From: Vicugna vicugna
Lineage: Eukaryota
Reading direction: 5' to 3'
Assembly (NCBI GenBank): GCA_013265495.1
Contig: MU058059.1
Coordinates: forward strand, 1,649,502-1,713,501
DNA length: 64,000 nucleotides
Below the pieces are notes generated by a model. That model searched no databases. It saw only the letters and a list, made by a program, of their open reading frames with translations, and was not told where the DNA came from. The translations under genes and the position numbers were made by a program. How positions within the stretch are numbered: position 1 is the stretch's first letter; each line of letters opens with the position of its first letter. Below, piece by piece: positions 1-13,717 of the stretch.

Positions 1-3000
1 TCTAAGAATTCCTTTCTTCCTTTTCTAATTTTCTTAACTTAAGGGAGTTTGAATCCTAAGACTCACATTCTTTTTGTGATTACAGTTTTTAGGAAAAAGA
101 GGATGATGACCCCTGCAGCCCCCGGGTAGGTAAGTATAACTAAATATGTGCACTTAGCCGTGCTGATTTAAGTCAGTGTCTCTGAAATGTTCTTACTGAA
201 GCCACCTACCAAATAGAAGAAAGTCAATGCTTCTGAGGTTTGCAACCCCCTTAAATGTTAAGCTCTGTGTAGTCTTGTGTTCTACTGTATAAAGTGGAGA
301 TTTTGTATTCTGCTTGAAAATATAACCGTTGTGGTTTTTTTAAACATAAAAACATTCTTAAGTTGTAAGTTATCTGGCCTTCCTTTCTCCCCCACCCTCC
401 TACGTGTTTGAGGAAAATTGATGCCATTTATCCTGTGGATGGCTTCATCTCCCAGAGGTCCATGCAACTAAATCTGAGAAGCACACACCAAAAGAAGCCA
501 GGATGGGACAGCAGTGAGCTCAGTCCCGGGAGTGTCAACCCAGGAGTCTGTTCCTCTACCTAGAAGTTCACTTAAATGTGCAGATTTACTTGAAAAGGAG
601 TAGATGTAAAGGGACATCCATTAGATACAGTTCCTGCAACAACACTGGTGTAGACAATCAGGTCCTACAGCATCCCTGCTGTGTGACAGGATGACGGAGT
701 CCGGGCTCCGGGAGGGAGCGCTGGGGACTGTCACTGGAACTACAGAATTGCTTAAGAACATGATTCATTTCATCTCTCTGTCTTAACTTCTTCAGGACTC
801 AAAGCAAAGAATGAGCAATATATAAATGAGAACAAGGAGTGATTAATCCTCAAAATTAGAGTTCTGCCCTTTCCTAGCAGTTATCTCATATCTTGGATAG
901 TTGCCTCTTTGGCCTCCATTCCCTTTTTTTTTTTTCCTGTTTTTCAATCTTTTTTCCTTAATCTACCCTTTCTCTGTGAAGAGTTCATGCCGTGGCTAGC
1001 TAAGCACAGAGAAATCGAGTTGGAGGTAGAGAAGGTTACATCCTTCGTGAAGGATCCATGAATTTGGCCTCCTTTTGCATTTTAAGAACCGCACTTGGAT
1101 TTGCAAACCTTTCCAAGGTGGTGAAGTTTTCTGCTGGCAACCCTAACATTGGCTCGTCATGTGGTAAACACACAGCAGTAGCAAATGTTAACAACTTAAT
1201 GGAATCCTGGAGGTTGTGCTATTTTCAACTAAATAAATTAAAAAGTGGGGGAAGATGGAGTTAGGAGTCCTTTGGGGTCAACAGTGACATGATAAGCCTG
1301 CGAAAGGTTTACTTACATCTAAGCATTATCAAGAGAGAGCTACAGTCTGGGCCAAAAGATATAAAGATTTGAAAAAAATATATTAAGTTGAAATCTTTCA
1401 CTTAAAATGGAATAAATTGTACTTGGTATTTGGAAACTGCTGTTTCGGCCAAGATAAGGGTGCTAAGTTTTCCAAATGTGAGGGTGAGATAAAATGTGGA
1501 GACGTCTTGAGCTGTTGATGTATAATTTAGAAACCTGGAGCCAAAACTCAGTTTCTTGGAAGATGCTTGGTGAGGAAAAGATTTCTCTTGGCATAATATG
1601 CTCCATTTTTCTTAGGGAAAAATTAGAAAAAGAACAGGCTGAGGAGGGCCAGTTTGCATAAATGGGGCAGAGGCTGAAATGAAAAATAATAACCAGTCCA
1701 GCCTATTATTTTTTTATTTAACAGTATTTTTAATTTATTTTTATTTCAAAAAAGTCCTTTTTAGCTCCAACAAAGTGAGAAGGAGCAAGCAAAGAAAAAT
1801 GAAAAAATAATTTGATCAGAAATTATTTTAAAGCAAAAGCCCTATGAATTATAATCTGAGGGACTCTGGGAGGTCTTAATATTGTAGATTGATCATCATT
1901 AGCAATAGAGTAAGTAGGAAACTGAGTGCTGTAATGATAGCAAAATCCAAGTCCACCAAAACCCTGGACTGAAGAATAGAGGATGTTTAACTGGCGGGAG
2001 CTGGTACCAGAATTGTAAATCAGCAAAGGGCTCTGAGAGGCACACCAGTCTCCATTTTTTCATCTCCGGTTTTCCAGATAATCTTCACCACTGTTTCTCT
2101 ATGTGGGAGTGGGAGGTGGGAGTTTGACCTGAGTCACGTGTCTGTCTGCCTCATGCAAATACGAACCTCCAGTCTTCCCAGATGCAAAATGCATAGGGTC
2201 ATGGCTGGCTGTTCCCCCTTCAAGTGTTCCACTTACACAGAAGCGGGAACCTGTTTGTCAGGCCTGGGCCCTAGCATGTCTCTAGAATAAAATCGTAAAC
2301 CTAGGAACTCTATCAGATTGTCAATGCTCATGTTTGGAACCAGCAGTTCTGGTAAAGCTCACAGACAGTCTCAGGATATAGTCTAGTTTTTCAAGTCTTT
2401 TTATTTGACTTGAGCCTGAAGGTTCATCTACTCCTTATTAAGCTGAAAAATGAAATGGTGCCAAATCGCGGGATTACAGGTATCACAGGGTGTTCAATGT
2501 TCTCAGACAAATCTCTCTCTTCAGCTTAAACTAGAATTCCAGCATGCTTATTACTTTAATTTGGGGAGTCTCCAAATCCAGTGATTTTCTGAGCTCCACT
2601 GAGACTACCCCACCCTTCTGAAGAGCTGGGAACAGCCATGTCTGACCACAACATCCATCTAGTCTGCAGCACGCGTCAAAAACATGCTTTTGATGTTCAA
2701 AAACACACCGCCATCAAATGAAACATCGTGCAGCAGTGAACTTGATGTCTGTCTTTGCAGACAGATATAGAAAACTTTAATTATTGAGAGTCTAAGGAAT
2801 AAGAAACTGCAAATAACTTGAACATTTTTCTGTGTACAGAGCAAAAAGCCAAGGGCAAGAAAACACAAGAATTTTGAGATTTTAGTCAAAAGACCATTTC
2901 TAGATTATGCTTCAGAGAGATACCCATTCAGGTCATCTTCCTTTCTATTTAGCACTGGACTTTAAGCTTTGCTCACTTGATTTCCCACAGATGCCAGGCC

Positions 3001-5099
3001 CAGATGCTCCCTCAGTAATCACTCTTAACATCTCCGTGACCTAGGTCGCATCTTCACAGGGTTCGATCTCTGGCTTGATTCCCAGTGCAGCATCATGGTG
3101 ACATGCTCTGTGAGCCACCAATGTAACGAGGAACAGCCTACATCAAGGTCCCTCATTGTATAAAAAGTCTTTTTCTTGACATAATGTAAAAAACAATACT
3201 TATCTTCAACATATCTATGTCAAGAAAATTTCCTGAGTGATCTTTTCTGAAATATATATGAATATAATATAAAATTATAACATGAAATTTACGTCCAATA
3301 TTTAAAAGGAAAAACATATTCCATATACTAAAAATACATTCTAATAAATTAAACAAAATTTGTTCAATTCAAAATTTTAAAAGAATACAATAAATATATA
3401 ATTCGAGAATGTATCCAATATATTCAATTCACAATATAGTCAATATTCCACGCTGAATATTATAATTTTATATTTGCAAAGACAAAAAGCATACCTATTC
3501 TGACTGTGCCCTGAAACTCAGTACCACAAAAGAGACCAGCAGTTTTCAACCAACCGACCAGCCGAAGAAAAAAAAGAAATATAAAAGAAAACAAAGAAAG
3601 GGAAAAGGATTCTGCACTAAAGTAGAAGGCATCAGCTGAACCCCTCTTCCCAGACATTCAAAGAGTCATCCCCTCGGGATTATATCAGAGATTAATCTCT
3701 CCAACTCCTGTCGACCTCCTTGTGGAATATTCAAGTAGGTCAGTATTGACACGAGAATTTAGAAGCACGCTGCCCTATCTGAGACCTTCTGCCCCGACTT
3801 GTTGATTGGAGGGTTTGGAGTCTAGCAACAAGAGACACATTGTCAGCAGATATTCCAACTGGCCTCAGCATGTCCCTTCCAGAAGCTTCCAACTGCCAGC
3901 AGACATGCAGGGCTATGAAAGCTAAGGCCATCAGCGGTTTCTAGTGGCACAGTTACCATGAACGCAGCTGGACAAAAATAGACGGAAGGTGCTAGTGTAC
4001 GTCCTGTGGAATCTCACGAGAGCTGCTCTGTGACCAGGGGTTTTCACAGCCTCTGTCGTGAACTCCATCTGCCCAGCTCACCAGTTTGAAATGAAACATC
4101 CGTCAGCTTCCAACATGCCATCAAATGACCATGGTGTGGAGGGGTCCTCTTGGAGGCTCTGGGCTGCCTCCTGGGGGTTCTCCATTGTCAGGATGCTCTG
4201 GTGTTATCACTTGAGTTCCATTTTATTTAAGATTGTGTACAGAAATTATTTTCTTTAAAATATTTTTTGCATATACTCAATTAGCAATGAGAGCTGACCT
4301 TGAGAGCAGTTGTTCCTCCCCGGCGTGTTGGGATGAGGACACAAAGCGTTTGTGGTCCTGAGAGCCTCTGAATGTTCTGTCCTAGGCTGCGTGTGGCGGG
4401 GTGCGGTACTGACCACCGGAAGTCCCCGTGCGACAGCAAGCTTTCAACTGTGGTAATTCAAGTAAGCCAACTTCTGAAACCATTTCTTTGGTCTTAAGTT
4501 CAAATTCAATTTGCTGTATTGTTTTTCCTTCCAAAAAAGCTTGGAAAATCTGTCCTGAAGCAGGCCGTGAGCTCGGCAGTGAGTTGTCGTTAACCTTTGG
4601 AAATGATTCCTGCTAGCTACAATCCTAAGAATAGTGCTCATATATCAGGTTTTCTCAAAATTCCTTCAATAAATGTCGCCAACTTAATTTCTGCTCTAGA
4701 GGGAAAGAAAAGATATGAAAATTTTATTATTAATGTCGATTTAGCAGGATGACCTGTTACCAAAATCACTCTGATTAAATGAAACCATGAATGTTCAACT
4801 CCTTCTGTCTTTAGTGCCACTAAATTCCCACTTAAACCAGTTCCATTTTCCCTGTTACTGGGGCAGTTTTGATACTGCTCATATGATTGAAGAACGTCCC
4901 ATGTAGAGTTGACAAAGCCAGGTAAAACAAGTGTCCAGCAGCAACTCTGTGAACACTGTCAAGCCAAGGTATTCATCAGTGTGGCCAAAATCCCAACTTT
5001 GTTTAGTATGACCTCCAAATGCCTTCATCTACATCAGAAAAATCTGACTGCCCTCTATGCAGCAGATATTTAATTTTCAATCGGTGCTAGTCTGTTGTC

Positions 5100-5520
5100 A
5101 GTCCATTTTGGAGACCTGACTTTCTCTCTAGAGATCTCTGTCCCCAAGATTTTCGTTGTTGTTTTCATGAGCTTTGCTTGCTATTTGGTTATTGCAATCT
5201 GAAGATTCCTGTCTTTTTTTTAATCTCCAAGAATTTTCCTTCTGTAACTTCTTTATTCTACTCCATTTCTCTTTTCTTCACAGCTGAAACTCTTACTGGA
5301 AACATTTTGGATGCCCTGCATCTCTCCTTCGTGGCTTTTAACTTTAATTATTAATCTCTTTGTTTTCTAGTCAATGTTATAAGGTTTTTCCTGAACTTTG
5401 CCTTTCAGGTTAATAATTTTCCTCTTTAGTTTTGTCCAATTTTTAAATTCAGCACATCCACTGATGTCTGTATGTATTTTAGGCAATAGTATTTTTTTAA
5501 TTTCCAATCAAACTTTATTA
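5100..5520 (-). mobile_element. Old L1 (L1M/L1ME-like) fragment
   Basis: T-rich degenerate sequence resembling antisense old L1; boundaries approximate. Confidence 0.5.
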
Positions 5521-5981
5521 AAACCTCTACCTAATCAGAATCCAGATATTTCTCACCAATTTTACTGATAATGTCCAGATGTAAGCCAGACTCATCCCCC
5601 AACTTTACTATTCAAATAACCTCTTAACTTGTATCCCTTGCCTTCTATCTCTCCAGAGTTTGTTCTTCACACAGGAGTTGAAAGATCTCTTTAAAATGTA
5701 GTTGCATCAGTTCATTCCTCTGCTTAAAATACTTCAGTGGCTTTCTGTCTCTTCAGAGTAAAATTCAAAGTCTTTCCACGGTCTACAGAGTCTAACTTGA
5801 TCTCAACTTCTTTCACCAACTCCTCTGCACGTTACCCCCTCCCTCCCTCACTTCCAAACTCACAGCAGCCCCAGGGCATTTGCTTTGGTTCTTTCTTAAG
5901 CCGGGACACCCTCCCCCGGGGTATCTATGTGACTTGCTTCTCAGTTCATTCAGATCTCAGCAAAGTCTTTCCTGACCTCTC

Positions 5982-7062
5982 TGTTACGGGCTAAATGGCC
6001 GTGTCCCTTCCCAAATTCTCATGTTGAGACCTCATCCCCGGGCTAATGGTATTTGGAGGTGAGACATTTGGGAGATTAGGTCATGAGGGTGGAGACTTCA
6101 TGATTAGGGATAGTGTTCTTTTTTTTTTTTCCCGAAAACATAAATTCCTTTTTATTAGCAAATCCTTAATTTGGTGAGTGTGAGTTACTCATCTGCTAGG
6201 GCAGCCTTAACAAAGCACTGCAGACTGGATGGCTTAAAAAAAATCTATTTCCTCACAGTTCTGGAAGCTGAAAGTCTAAGATCAGGGTGTTGGCAGGATT
6301 GATTTCTTCTGAGGATTTGTCCCCTTGGCTCATCTTCCAAGTGTCTTCACCTGGTCTTCCCTCTGTGTCTGTCTCCATCCTAATCTCTCTCTCTTTTTTT
6401 TTTTTTTAACATTTTTTTATTGATTTATAATCATTTTACAATGTTGTGTCAAATTCCAGTGTAGAGCACAATTGTTCAGTTATACATGAACATACATACA
6501 TTCATTGTCACATTCCTTTCTCTGTGAGCCACCGTAAGATCTTGTGTCTATTTCCCTGTGCTACACAGTATAATCTTGTTTATCTATTCTACAATTTTGA
6601 AATCCCGTCTATCCCTTCCCACCCTCCACCCCCTCGGCAACCCCAAGTTTGTATCCTATGTCTATGAGTCTTTTCTGTTTTGTATTTATGCTCTGTTTGT
6701 TTTTGTTTTTGTTTTTGTTTTTTTTAGATTCCACAAATGAGCGATCTCATATGGTATTTTTCTTTCTCTTTCTGGCTTACTTCACCTTAAAATGACATTC
6801 TCCAGGAGCATCCATGTTGCTGCAAATGGCATTAAGGGATAGTGTTCTTATAAAGGAGACCCCAGAGGACTACCCACCACTTCCACCCTATGAGCTTGTA
6901 GCAAGAAGATGGCCATTGGTGAACCAGGAGGCATGTCTCACCTAATGTTCCTGCACCTTGATCTCGGACTTCACAGCCTTCAGCACAGTGAGAATAAATA
7001 TTTGCTGTTGATAGGCCACCAGTTTATGGTGTTCTGTTACAACAGCCTGAACGGACTAAGAC
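5982..7062 (+). mobile_element. MLT1A-like MaLR solo LTR, interrupted by an L1 insertion at 6121-6834
   Basis: Starts 'tgttacgggctaaat..gtgtccc'; ends 'acagcctgaacggactaagac'; internal 'aataaatatttgctgtt'; the two halves join across a 15-bp TSD. Confidence 0.8.
6121..6834 (-). mobile_element. Young 5'-truncated L1 (about 6408-6834) with a 3' transduction of about 260 bp (6131-6393)
   Basis: Perfect TSD agggatagtgttctt at 6106-6120 and 6835-6849; two poly(T) tracts (6119-6130, 6394-6407); minus-strand AATAAA at 6151-6156. Confidence 0.9.
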
Positions 7063-7771
7063 GCCATCTATTTGATATTGCAACTCTACTGCCCATTCCC
7101 TTCTGACATTCTCTGCTTTTTTATTCTCTGTATTATTTCACTTCCTTATGACGTAGAGTATCTGATTGAGTGATCGACTGATTTCCTGCGTGCCCTTGTG
7201 TAAGTTCCAGGAGGGCAGGGGGCTTTGTCTGCTGCGGACATGGCTGTAGCCCCAGCACCCAGAATAGAGCCTGACAGATCGTAAGCACTAACACATAACG
7301 TCAAATTGGTTAATGAATAAGTCAGCAAATAAACTATTCTCCAAGTTGTACCCTAATATCCTCTAGATTAGAACTTCTCTGAGACACTGGTGACAATTTT
7401 TTAGGTTCTATTCTGTTTATTAAACCAATTTTATTTTCCCCGGGATCAGTTATTGGGATTATTCACCTTAGTATATTACTCGTTGTCAGTTTTCCTCAAA
7501 GATCTGAGTCTTCTTGGTAGTGGGTTATTTCTTCAGCTACAGTGTTCTCTTTTTCCTCCTCTATGAATTTTATCCCACTCACTTCCAACTTCCATATCAT
7601 CCTTAATATTTCTGGGCCACTCATGGTCCACTTATGGTCACACAGTTTTATAATATCTTTTTAGTGATTTCAGAGGGACCTTGGTGGGCAGGGAAAAGCA
7701 TGGAAGTGTTCTGCTCACTATCTGAATGGGAAGCGTTGGCTGCAATTCTCAGATCTGATAAATTTATTCTT

Positions 7772-7959
7772 TTTTTTTTTAAAGTACAGTCAGTTACAAT
7801 GTGTCAATTTCTGGTGTCCAGCACAATGTCCCAGTCATGCATATACATAACATATATTCTTTTTCATATTCTTTTTCATTAAAAGTTATTACAAGATATT
7901 GAACATAGTTCTCTGTGCTAAACAAAAGAAACTTTTAAAAATCTATTTTTATATATAAC
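7772..7959 (-). mobile_element. Short 5'-truncated L1 3' end
   Basis: Poly(T) then L1 3' UTR; TSD ataaatttattctt at 7758-7771 and 7960-7973. Confidence 0.9.
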
Positions 7960-9864
7960 ATAAATTTATTCTTAAAGCCTCCAATTTGCCTACTTAGATT
8001 TTGACTCAAGGATATATCTTAATGTGATAAATGTTGTTGGCAGATTGTTGGGTAAATTCTGTTTCCTTCATAAATATTCTTGTCTCCTTTCCTGAGCTTT
8101 CAGGATGACAGAACAAAAAACCAAACAACAAAGAAAAACTTTGGTTAACTGAACACCTGTCTTTCTGCCTTGAGGCGTGTTCGTAAACTCTGGCACATCA
8201 GCATTCAATGAATGCAGTCTTCCGCTTTTAAACATCATTGAAACTTTTTAATATTAACTACTCAAGCCTGCTTTTTGCTTTTGTCTTATCTTTTCATCCT
8301 CAGTATGAAAAAAACACCAAGTGACATTGGAAGAGAACCATGACAAGTTCATAGGAAAAAAATACAGCATCATTTAATATTCATTTATTTTCAATTTCCT
8401 TGTCTTTATCTTATTTTTACATTTTTTGAAGATGGAATTAACTGTGTCCTCTGAACTCTCAGATCGCTATCAGATGAGCTATTTAATTAACTCACCATCC
8501 TTCCTGGAACATTTTTGAATGAATGAATGATCCCAGAAATTAAACTGGCAAATTAAAAAAGATTTTTGGTATCAAGAGTTTGGGGCCTAAAATTATTTTC
8601 TGTTGACAAATAACATCACAAAATAGTTAAACCTGCAGTTGGTTATCTGAAACTTTCTAGTCCCCTCCATGTAGTGGGGGCAAATACGATCCAAAAGGGA
8701 AAACAGAATCTGGAAAAGGGTCTCAAGACTGGTAGACAATACTTGGAATAATTCTTTAACCGTTGAGGTTATTCAGAGGCAAAGTTAAATGGACACCCTC
8801 TGTAAATACATTTGATCCATTATTTATTTAGTATTAAAAAAGAATGCATTGTAAAGAATACATTTCATTGTCAATACTTTTTATCTCTGTCAATCTAAGT
8901 GAGATGGTACATTCTGAATTAGAATGAACAAGTTGGGGTTACTATCAAGTCTATGGAGACGCCAAAACTTACTCATAGCTTCAAGTGATGGAACAGTGCA
9001 GAGTTCCACTAAAGAGCTCTCACGCTTAAGGGATCATTTCCATTTCTCTTCCTTTCAACTTTGGGAATTCTTGTCAATTCTTTTCCTGCTTGAATGTATT
9101 ATTCCCTAATGAGGACATTACCATTTTCCTCTTTCCTTACCCAGAGGCTGTTAAAATCAACAGAGCTACTTAATTATTTAGTTAACAGAAAACACCCCAA
9201 TTAGAAAGTATCCTCCTTCTGCTGCCACTGATTTTAGAATTTATAGCTTCATAGCTATAGCTTAAGAGAAATTTACCGAAAGAACCTCAAGGTGATAATT
9301 ATATGGCTATATAATTGACACAGATTCACAAATACATTTCAATTTTTTTGAGAATGGATGGAGCGCACACTGATGAGGGTAATTACTGGGGGATTTTAGG
9401 ATTTTCCCCTGTGATCGACTCAAGCACATCATTTATTTTAAAAATGTGTATTAGTTTGTTCTAATGAAGAGTGTCTCAAATAGACATACATACTATTATT
9501 TAGTATTCATGAGACTACACAGAATAATTCTTCAATGTGAGAATTGTAGTCTGTGTGTCTATATTCATCTAGGCACAGAATTCCTGGGGGAATCTCCAAG
9601 ATTAGGGTTTAGTGACTCCGGAGTGGGGCCAAGGCCTCTGTGTCCTTTCAAAGCCTCCAGGTTCAGCCTCTGAGCAGTCAAGGTAGAGTGAACACAGGGC
9701 ACCGAAGTGAAGCCTGTCACATCATCTTACAAGCACCGCAACACAGAATCGTCCATGAGTTGTTAGTAGCAAGCTTCAGCGGGGGCAATGTCATGAGCAT
9801 TTTAAATTAACAAGCCCTTTGGAAAACCATTATTATAACTGGCATGAAATCCGAATTGCCAGTC

Positions 9865-9992
9865 CTCCCTTCCCTCCCTCCCTCTCTCCTTCCCTCTTTC
9901 CTTCCTTTTTTCCTTCCTTCCTTACTTCCTTCTTTTCCTTCTTCCCTCCTTCCCTCCTCCTTCCCTCCCCTTTCCTTCCTTCCTTCTTCATC
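9865..9992. repeat. (CCTT/CCCT)n polypyrimidine microsatellite
   Basis: Direct reading. Confidence 0.9.
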
Positions 9993-11569
9993 CTCCGGTA
10001 GCATTCAGAATGGTATCTTAGCTATCCTAAGTGTTTGAAAGAAATGCCCATAAATTTTAATATTGTGTTTATGTCTGATATGTCTTTATGCAAAATCTAA
10101 GTAAATTCCCCGACAGCCCCACGTGCACTAGATCAGTGCGATGTTATTTCTACACGCAAACGATAAGGCATATGCTCCTCACTATCGAGCTAAGGAAACC
10201 AAACGCTAAGGAATACTGAAGCCTTCCTAATCCTGTGTCTTTTCACCCATTTCTCATTAAGTTGGCTCCTTCTGATCAGAGTGGTCTGGGATCTGTAGTA
10301 ATGCCTGGTATTAGTCACAATCACAAAGTCGATTTTTCCCATATGAATGTTTCTAATCATTACTTGATACATGCTATCAAATACAGGGTTATACTTGGCT
10401 CAGTCCCAGGACAGCCACTGGGAACATGTCCAGCTGCCTGTGAGTCTGGAAAGCAAAATTTGGCCATTTTAATTTTAGTTCTATACATACAGATGCATCT
10501 AGATCTAAGAAAGAAAAAGGCACTAAGTTGATGACACTTGAGCTTATGCTAAATACGCATATTCAGGTGATCACAGCACAGTTTTTCATGGACTTGATGT
10601 ACATGATTTTACCAAACCCACCGACAAGAGTCAACTGATGATTATAAAGAACTGGTCTTAAAATTAAAGACATGCTTGTAAAAAGACATCACAAAATTAT
10701 GCTTAAATACCTCTTGACAAGATTAAATATTTAACCCTTTCAGGTAAATTAAGAGAAACCCTATATTCTTCTGATAAAGAGAATCAAAATTACAGAAAAA
10801 GCATGCACAGTAAATGTGTTACTTGCACTGTTGAAAGCTTTAAAAATGGCTTAGTTCAAATGAGTTCATGCTGGTCACCAAGAAATTATTCTAAAATAGT
10901 AACCTTTTGGGAGAGTTCAGACATTTTTCTAATATTCCTATTTTTGCCCCTAGAAGTGTGCCTAAAAAATTTCCTCCACAAATGCTTTCAGGGAAGAAAT
11001 AGTGAAATAGTTCCAGCTTCCAACTGTATGTAAGCCAGCTAGTCGACTGCATCAACTGACTGCCAGGTGGTTAATTGTACCCAGAGTGGTTTATGTTGCC
11101 AGCAACAGACAGCTTTTCTCCATGACTGTTTTGGTACCGAATTTTTCATCTGCAAATGGACAAACTAGGAATATAAATTGGAAGTTTATACTGTGTAAAA
11201 TTAATCGTTAAGTGTAGAAAGTAAATATTTTATTTGGAAGTGTATCCATAGCTGACTTTCACAGATAAAAAATTATTGAATTAACAAAACATGTACATAA
11301 AGCTACCCCAGTGTGTCATCACTTCACACACATGACACTAACACACCTGTGACCTTTGCGGAGTGTATCCACAGCAATTAAATCATCTTCCCGTTTGATG
11401 TGGAATTTCCTGACATATGTTCCATGAATTTTAAAACGTCCTATGTGGGAAACAAAAGGTAAGAGAGAAAAGGAGGGTTTAGGCATGAAAGTTGTTTTTT
11501 TTCTGTTCCATGAAAAGTGAAAAGCTAATTTCTATTGGAGAGTCCCAGTGTGGTCAAGAAAAGACCACG

Positions 11570-11850
11570 TAGCATGGGATAGGTGCTATGAACGTTGGTG
11601 TTCAAACCTTTGTGTTGCTATATGTTCTCAGTTCTTTGGAGTGAGCGTGTAGGAATAGAATTACAGGGTAGTATGGTTAAATTTCTAAAAATGTCCAATT
11701 TTCCAAAAATGACTCTATCTTCTCATCAGCGATGTATATGAGCCCCAGTTCGTCCACTGGAGCAACTATTTATAACCAATCTTTATTAATACTTATTCTG
11801 GCCAATATTTTTATTGGAGTCTGCATTTTCTGATGACTAATTTAGCAGTT
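11570..11850 (-). mobile_element. Old L1 ORF2 3' fragment
   Basis: 'gctatgaacgttggtgttcaa...taggaatagaattacagggtagtatgg...ttttctgatgactaat' resembles antisense L1 ORF2 C-terminal region. Confidence 0.6.
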
Positions 11851-12189
11851 TTCATGGCTTTCCGTAATATTATTCTTATTTCATATTAGCCAAAATTTAC
11901 TTTTAAGTGTTCAGTGCTATGTACATTTCATGGGGGATAAATCATGGAGGATAAATAAATCAAATGTATTTGAGTTTTAAAAATAAGCCTCCTTAAATAT
12001 ATACAACTATTGCGAAGCCTGTTGCCACCTGTGTCAAAGATTTTGGCTCTGTCGCTGGATACAAATTCTGACCTCCTGCTACGAAGTACAGGGGCCATCC
12101 CCAGTCAGGAGGAGGGGAATGCTGGTTTGAGGAAAAATAGCACTTTACTTCATCAACACCTGGAGGTCTCTAGTGGGCAAGGGTGAGAG

Positions 12190-12666
12190 ACTGACAGGTA
12201 CCTGCCCACCTCCTCTTCTCTGCTTTTATTCAGGCTGGCGATGTGTCTGAGTAAAAGACTGTATTTCCCAGGTTTCCTTGTGACAAAGTGCAAGCTTGTA
12301 ATAGGCCCTGGCCAAGAGAAGTAAGATGGATTTTTGGGTGTTTCATCCAGGGAGAGGGTTAGAGGAAGCTGTTCCTCTTTTTGCCTTCCTCCCTTCTGCC
12401 TTCTCACTGCTCAGAGAGCCGCTGGGATGGCTGCAGCTTCAGAAGCCCTGTGATGCTCCCAAGAACGGAAGTAATACGCGAAAGACGCAGTTAGGAACAG
12501 AAAGAAGAAACCCGGGTCTCTGAGGGGCTGTGAAGCTGCCTTCCTGGCCCTGTTTGCCTAACTCAGCTTTCATGATGTGAGAACAGTTTTACGAGGGAAC
12601 GATGCTTCTACAACGGCTATTTGCCGTTTTCTCTTTTACGCAGCCGGAACTAATCCTAAGTGCTAC
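12190..12666 (+). mobile_element. MLT1J-like MaLR LTR
   Basis: 'aaaagactgtatttcccaggtttccttg...gcagccggaactaatcctaagtgctac' resembles old MLT1 LTRs. Confidence 0.55.
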
Positions 12667-13499
12667 GGGCAGCGCTGGAGAGAGAGCTGTGAGCGCGGCA
12701 GTGCCCCTCACCTGCCCAAGCATTACCAGCCCACAGCCACGGGGAGGGACAAGAGTCAGCCAGAACATCTGGAAGTTGCAAGTAGCAAATGCCACCCCAG
12801 CAGCCTGAGGAGGTCCTGCCCTACTGGCTGATCTTGTTTATTCCAGCAGAGAACTTTTAGGCACTGTGTCCCTGAGCGCTCTGGTCATCTGGAAAGTAAA
12901 TAAATCATCAGATTTTATTTCATAAAAATCATTCCAGGCAATCAGCATAGTTTAAAAAATATTGAGTATTGAGCCAACAGTCCGGAAATTGGGGTTCAGT
13001 ACTGTTTCCCCATGTAACTAACTCTGGGCAAATTGTTTCTATTTTATGCACAGTAAGTGAATAACTCCATTGCTTTTAGGAAGATTAGCCTTTAATGCAA
13101 TTCTCCTTTTTCTCCAGTGATAATCTGTGACTCTGGGTGAAGGCGACCAAAAGATAGTGGTCAGGTAAAGAAAAATCTTAGGCAGAAGGCAAAGCAAGCT
13201 AAAATTATGATTTTTAAATATAACATTCTATGCTTATTATACATCATTTTCTATACTACCGTTCACCAAAGTGATCTGAGGCTGGTAACAGAAAGCACAA
13301 AAAGTTTATTTCGGAATTGCATCTATTCAAGTAGAAAAGTAACAAAGAAGTAGCCATAATGCCAAGACTTCTCTCTTCTTTTCCACTTTCAATATATTTA
13401 TTTTGTGTCTAGGCATAGCACACCATCTGGGTTAGTGTAAAAATGGACACAGCTGGTTACCAGTCCTTACACATCTGTCAGTACTGCTCTGCTGCTGCC

Positions 13500-13717
13500 T
13501 CCCTCTGTCGGCCCAGCTGGTCGCCAGCCAGTCCCCGGAAGCTAGCTGTTTGTCTTGCAGGCAACCATAGACACACCAGTGAGTCCAGTCAAGACCAGAA
13601 GAACCGCCCAGATGAGCCCAAATAGCTGACTCACAGAATCATGAGCTAAATAAATAGTTGTTGCTTTAAGTCACTAATTTCTGGGGTTGTTTCTTACTTA
13701 GTCAATGCTAACTGATA
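13500..13717 (+). mobile_element. MLT1 (F/G/H-like) LTR 3' part
   Basis: 'cacagaatcatgagctaaataaatagttgttgctttaagtcactaa...gctaactgata'. Confidence 0.7.

Larger units (their letters stand above)
5640..7325 (+). mobile_element. L2 3' portion, split by the MLT1A-like LTR (L2 parts about 5640-5981 and 7063-7325)
   Basis: L2-like 'cttaaaatacttcagtggcttt...' before the LTR; after it 'tgtaagttccaggagggcaggg...cccagcacccagaatagagcctg...aatgaataag' (L2 3' end). Confidence 0.7.

Noticed and set aside
3044..3075. B-box-like ggttcgatct
   Set aside because: No A box, cloverleaf or SINE body; not a tRNA.
2400..5050. Possible processed pseudogene or endogenous viral (L-protein) fragment
   Set aside because: Manual translation showed only fleeting resemblances, no collinear motifs and no poly(A) or TSD.
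9807..10038. Low-complexity ORFs (also 15288-15665)
   Set aside because: They are translations of purine/pyrimidine microsatellites.
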